This document shows positions 60,010 to 64,000 of a DNA stretch of 64,000 bases, in pieces. This DNA comes from the human T2T-CHM13v2.0 reference genome, Homo sapiens. The position numbers and the translations under genes were made by a program. Each line of letters opens with the position of its first letter. Within the stretch, counting starts at the first letter, position 1. The notes below the pieces were generated by a model. The model made no database searches and was not told the DNA's origin. It saw only the letters and a program-made list of their open reading frames with translations. The stretch lies in NCBI RefSeq assembly GCF_009914755.1, contig NC_060926.1. One strand, 5' to 3'.

Positions 60010-61300
60010 TTTGCAGTTTCTATTTCCCAGAGGCAACAACTTTTAACCCTTGACCTCATTAAGTTCAGTATGTCTAATTCCTAATTTATAAGAATTTTTC
60101 TAGGAATTATTAATCAATTTCCCAGTGGGAAAAATAAGAATTTAGCTATCTGTCAAACACCACTCATCTCTACCACCAACGATAAAAAAATTGTATTTCT
60201 CGAAAATCATTTTCACTTCTGAAATATATCTAGATCCACCTGGCCTCTCAATATTTGTTTATCATACTTTTAGTTAGGTCAAAATTCTGTCCTTAGATTA
60301 TTATGATAATGTAAACAGTATTCCTAAATAAGCTATATACTAGATCATGGTTACTTTATGGGTGATACAACTTTTCTTTATCTTATTGAAAGTAATATTT
60401 ATCTGGTTTTTACATTTTGGTGTTCTGTTTCCTACTAATTCAGCCCCAAGCTCACTCAGCATTATCTACATATTCTCTCAGTATATTCAAATATTAATAC
60501 CTTAGGGTCCTAGTGTTGCCTTGTCTTAGAGATGGAGTTTTGTGACCTGCCCTCTACACCTGGGGCACAGCTCTTTCACTGTGATCTTGGGCTTCATTTT
60601 TTTTTTAAGTTGGAGCCATTGCTTTCTAGATCCCATTACATTTTTCTTTCTTGATTTACTTACTCTTTTGGTTTCTAAGGAAGGATACATGGATGGTACA
60701 TTTTTTGAGAACTCACATATCTGAAAATGTCTTTGGTCTACCTTATACATAATTAATAGTAGGTATATAAAACTCAATGTTTAAAAATTTTGAAATAAAA
60801 GAACTTCTTTAAAAAAAAAAAAAGTTAATGTCTTGCTCCATTACCTTTTAGCTTTTGGTGTCACAAAAGAGATATCCATAAACCTCTGAACTACTACTGA
60901 TTTTTTTTTGTATGTAGCCTTTTAGTTTTGGTTTGGTTTTTTCCCCAATAAGCTGTGGAGATTGTTTCATTTACTATAGTGTTTTGACATTTCTTGGTGT
61001 TATGATTCAGTATGAGTCAATTTTTTTCCATTGAATATATTTTTCTTGAATACAGAAATGCATACACTTCAATTCTGTGAAATTTTGAAGTACTGTTTTT
61101 ATTTTGTTCCCTCCATTTTCTCTGATACTTCTGATATACTTACCATTTGGTTTTCTGACTTTCTGGTCTTTCACTAGATGTGTGGTTTCCTGTATATCTG
61201 TTTTGGTCTCTGTCTTGGGTCTAATGAATCCTGACTATTCATATGTAAAGGCATAATATCTAAAAGCTGATTAGTAGCTCTGCACTAATGAATGGTCACT
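60010..61300 (-). mobile_element. HAL1/L1ME-like ancient LINE fragment
   Basis: ttttgagaactcacatatctgaaaatgtcttt...; cccagaggcaacaactttt. Confidence 0.5.
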
Positions 61301-61930
61301 GTCAACTAAGAACCTCATTGCTGGTCAGCTGGCAAGGCTATTTTATTAGGGAAACTTGGATGATGGTAACTTTAGCTTTTTTGTTCTTTGTCTCCTCAAA
61401 CTCCCTAGGCTGCAGTCTACCCACCTCCTGCACAGAGGGTATAAACCTAACTGCCAGCATTCTGGGATCCAAGTTGTGAAGGATAACTGGGCATTTCTAA
61501 GATAAGAGAAATAATTGGGGGAAAAAAAACCTGGAAATGATTGCAGTGTCATAAAGAAACCTGCTTCAAAATAAGTACCATACATCAATAGCGTTTTTGT
61601 AACAGCAATTAACACATTGATCTTTTAAAATTTGTTCATACATTTAGTAAATTTACTTTTAAAAATATAATTGAAGGAAATAGTCAAAAACTTGGAAAAG
61701 ATTTGTGTATAATTAAATTTACTTATTATTTATGATACAAAAAATAGAAAACATTTTAATACTGAGAAATAAGATTAAGTATATTACATATTATTTATGA
61801 TATATATTGTTAGAATATATTATGTAATCTGTCTTATATTTTATATGCACATAGATGGCATCTGTTGTTATTTTAAACAACAGGCACTAACTTCATTTCT
61901 CATGGCTCTTACGCGATTCTTTGTACCTTA

Positions 61931-62116
61931 AAATGAAAACAGAAAGAAAGAAGGAAAGAAACAAACAGAAAAAGAGAACAAGAGAAAAAAAGAGAAAGAA
62001 AAATAAAGGATGAAAGGGAGGGATGAAGGGAGGAAGGAAGAAAGAAAGAAAAGGAAAAAAGAGGGGAGGGAAGGAGAAAGGGAGGCAGATGAAGAGGGGG
62101 AGAGAGGCAAGAAGGG
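61931..62116 (+). repeat. GA-rich low-complexity polypurine tract
   Basis: Directly visible. Confidence 0.9.
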
Positions 62117-63012
62117 AATCATCTTTCAAGTTGTTATAATCTTGGCCAGTAAGACAGAATGTATGGTATTTAACTCCATCCTTTTTTCTCCAAGCATTTC
62201 ACATTTTTATTGGCTTAGTGGAAATCTGTTCATGCTGTAAATGACCGAAAATATGAAAGACAGTGTTGATTAACTAATCTATTTGTACAGGATAGAAAAT
62301 ATTCTACAACTCCTTTCCCATACAGCTAATGCTGTTCTTTGTCAAAAATATTTTCAATGATGAATTTTTGAAAACCAGATTCCCAAAACCATAAAAATAA
62401 TGGAAATTTAGCTGTGAGGCCATCTCAATACCCTTTTCAAGGTTCTAGTCTTTGAATAAGCAGTCAGAGTCACAGTGCTGAACATTTTTCTTTTTTGAAA
62501 AAGGCAATAGTAACCTGGCACAAACCAGAACAGTGCAGTCAGAAAGCCTAAGAAGTTTCCTTTGTTATATTGAACAAAGAAATGAGCTACACAGTTTAAA
62601 ACCATCAGGGTTTCTAAAATCAGTGAAACTTTCTGTTTATTTGTTTCAGAAATGTTTTTAAAAATCATATACGTTAAAGGTTTCACAATCAGAATAGGTT
62701 AAATCTCATTCAAAAGAAATAACTTATTTGAAGAAAAGTACCTTAAAAATAAAAATATAATAATCTTACTTATGACGCTTACTAAGTCAATATGGCAAAG
62801 TATACGTTATTTATACAGTTATAATCAAGATATGCATATTGAGCCTTTCCAATTTTAAAGACTAGGTTTAATGAATGGTCACATGACAAGGAGAAATAGA
62901 CATTTAAAACAGCACTCAGACTTCTCCAAGCTCTGCTAAATAATTCCAAGGGGAAAAAATGTAAAAGAGTAAAGAGTACATTATGAAATCACTAAACAAC
63001 TTCATTTGTAAT

Positions 63013-64000
63013 TATTTTTTTATTGATACACTGTAATTGTACATATTTATGGGGTAAAATTTGATTTTTTGATACATATGTATGTTGTATGATGATCAAA
63101 TCAGGTATTTAGCATTTTGATCACCTCATGCACTTGTAATTTCTTTGTGGTGAGGATATTCAGTAGCCTCTCTTCTTCCACCTATTTTGTAATATACAGT
63201 GCCTTACTGGTAACCGTCTTCACCTGACTGTGCAATAAAACACCAGATTTTATTCCTCCAATCTAATTGTTACTTTGTACCCTTTGATCATTCTCATCCC
63301 ATCCTCCCCTCTCTCCATCCATCCTCTGTCTCTGGTAAACACTATTCTACTCTCTACTTCTATATCAATTTTTTTTTTCCTTTCAGATTCCACATATGCA
63401 TTAGCTCATGCAGTATTTGTTTTTTGTGCCTGGCTTAATTCCCTTAGCATAATGTCCTCCAGATTCATCCATGTTATTACAAATGACAGGACTTAATGTT
63501 TTATGGCTAAATAGTACTTTGTTGTGTGTGTGTATATATGTGTGTGTGTGTGTGAGTGTGTGTGTGTATGCCATATATTCTGTATCCATTCATCCATCGT
63601 TGAACATGGGCTGCGTTCCTACCTTGGGTATTGTAAATAGTGCTACAATAAACATGGGAGTGCTCATATTTATTTGACATACAGATTACATTTCCTTTAG
63701 ATATATGCCCAGCAATGAGATTGCTGGATCCTATGGTAGTGATATTTTTATTTTTTTGAAGAACCTCCACACTTCTTTCCATAATGGCTGTGCCAATTTA
63801 CAATCCCACCAACAGTGTGTAAGCGTTGCCTTTTCACCACATCCTCACTGACACTTGTTTCCTTTTTTTTTATTATTATTATAACCATTCTAACTGAAGT
63901 GAGGTGGTATTTAATTGTGGTTTTGATATGCATTTCCCTGATAATTAATGTGTCAAGCTTTTTTTTTCATATTGGCCATTTGAATGTCTTATTTTGAGAA
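63013..64000 (-). mobile_element. L1MA-type 3' end running off the window; contains (TG)n at ~63524-63568
   Basis: ttgtacatatttatggggta...tgatcaaatcagg...tccagattcatccatgtt...gattgctggatc. Confidence 0.88.

Overview
Primate (very likely human/hominoid) AT-rich, repeat-dense intergenic or deep-intronic DNA. I recognise no host protein-coding gene, RNA gene, CpG island or CRISPR array; the long ORFs are LINE-1 remnants or by-products of Alu, THE1 and simple repeats. The window holds a near-full-length L1 (46562-52450), two THE1B (MaLR) proviruses, seven Alus, older L1/L2/MIR/MLT1 copies and hAT/Tigger DNA-transposon relics. The most notable structures are: (1) a twin-primed, 5'-inverted L1 at 12258-14132 whose 16-bp target-site duplication (TSD) also encloses about 370 bp of an older MLT1 LTR cut just after that LTR's AATAAA, i.e. 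a fossil 3' transduction whose second tail became a GGAA microsatellite; (2) the full-length L1 looks like a young-5'/older-3' chimera with no TSD, abutting a half-missing THE1B LTR, i.e. a probable L1-L1 recombination deletion; (3) a ~130-bp deletion in that L1's 5'UTR that removes the ORF0 start and part of the antisense promoter. Subfamily calls rest on recalled consensus sequences and need RepeatMasker/Dfam confirmation. I see no evidence for a new gene system; the enhancer, exon and unidentified-segment candidates are motif-level only.
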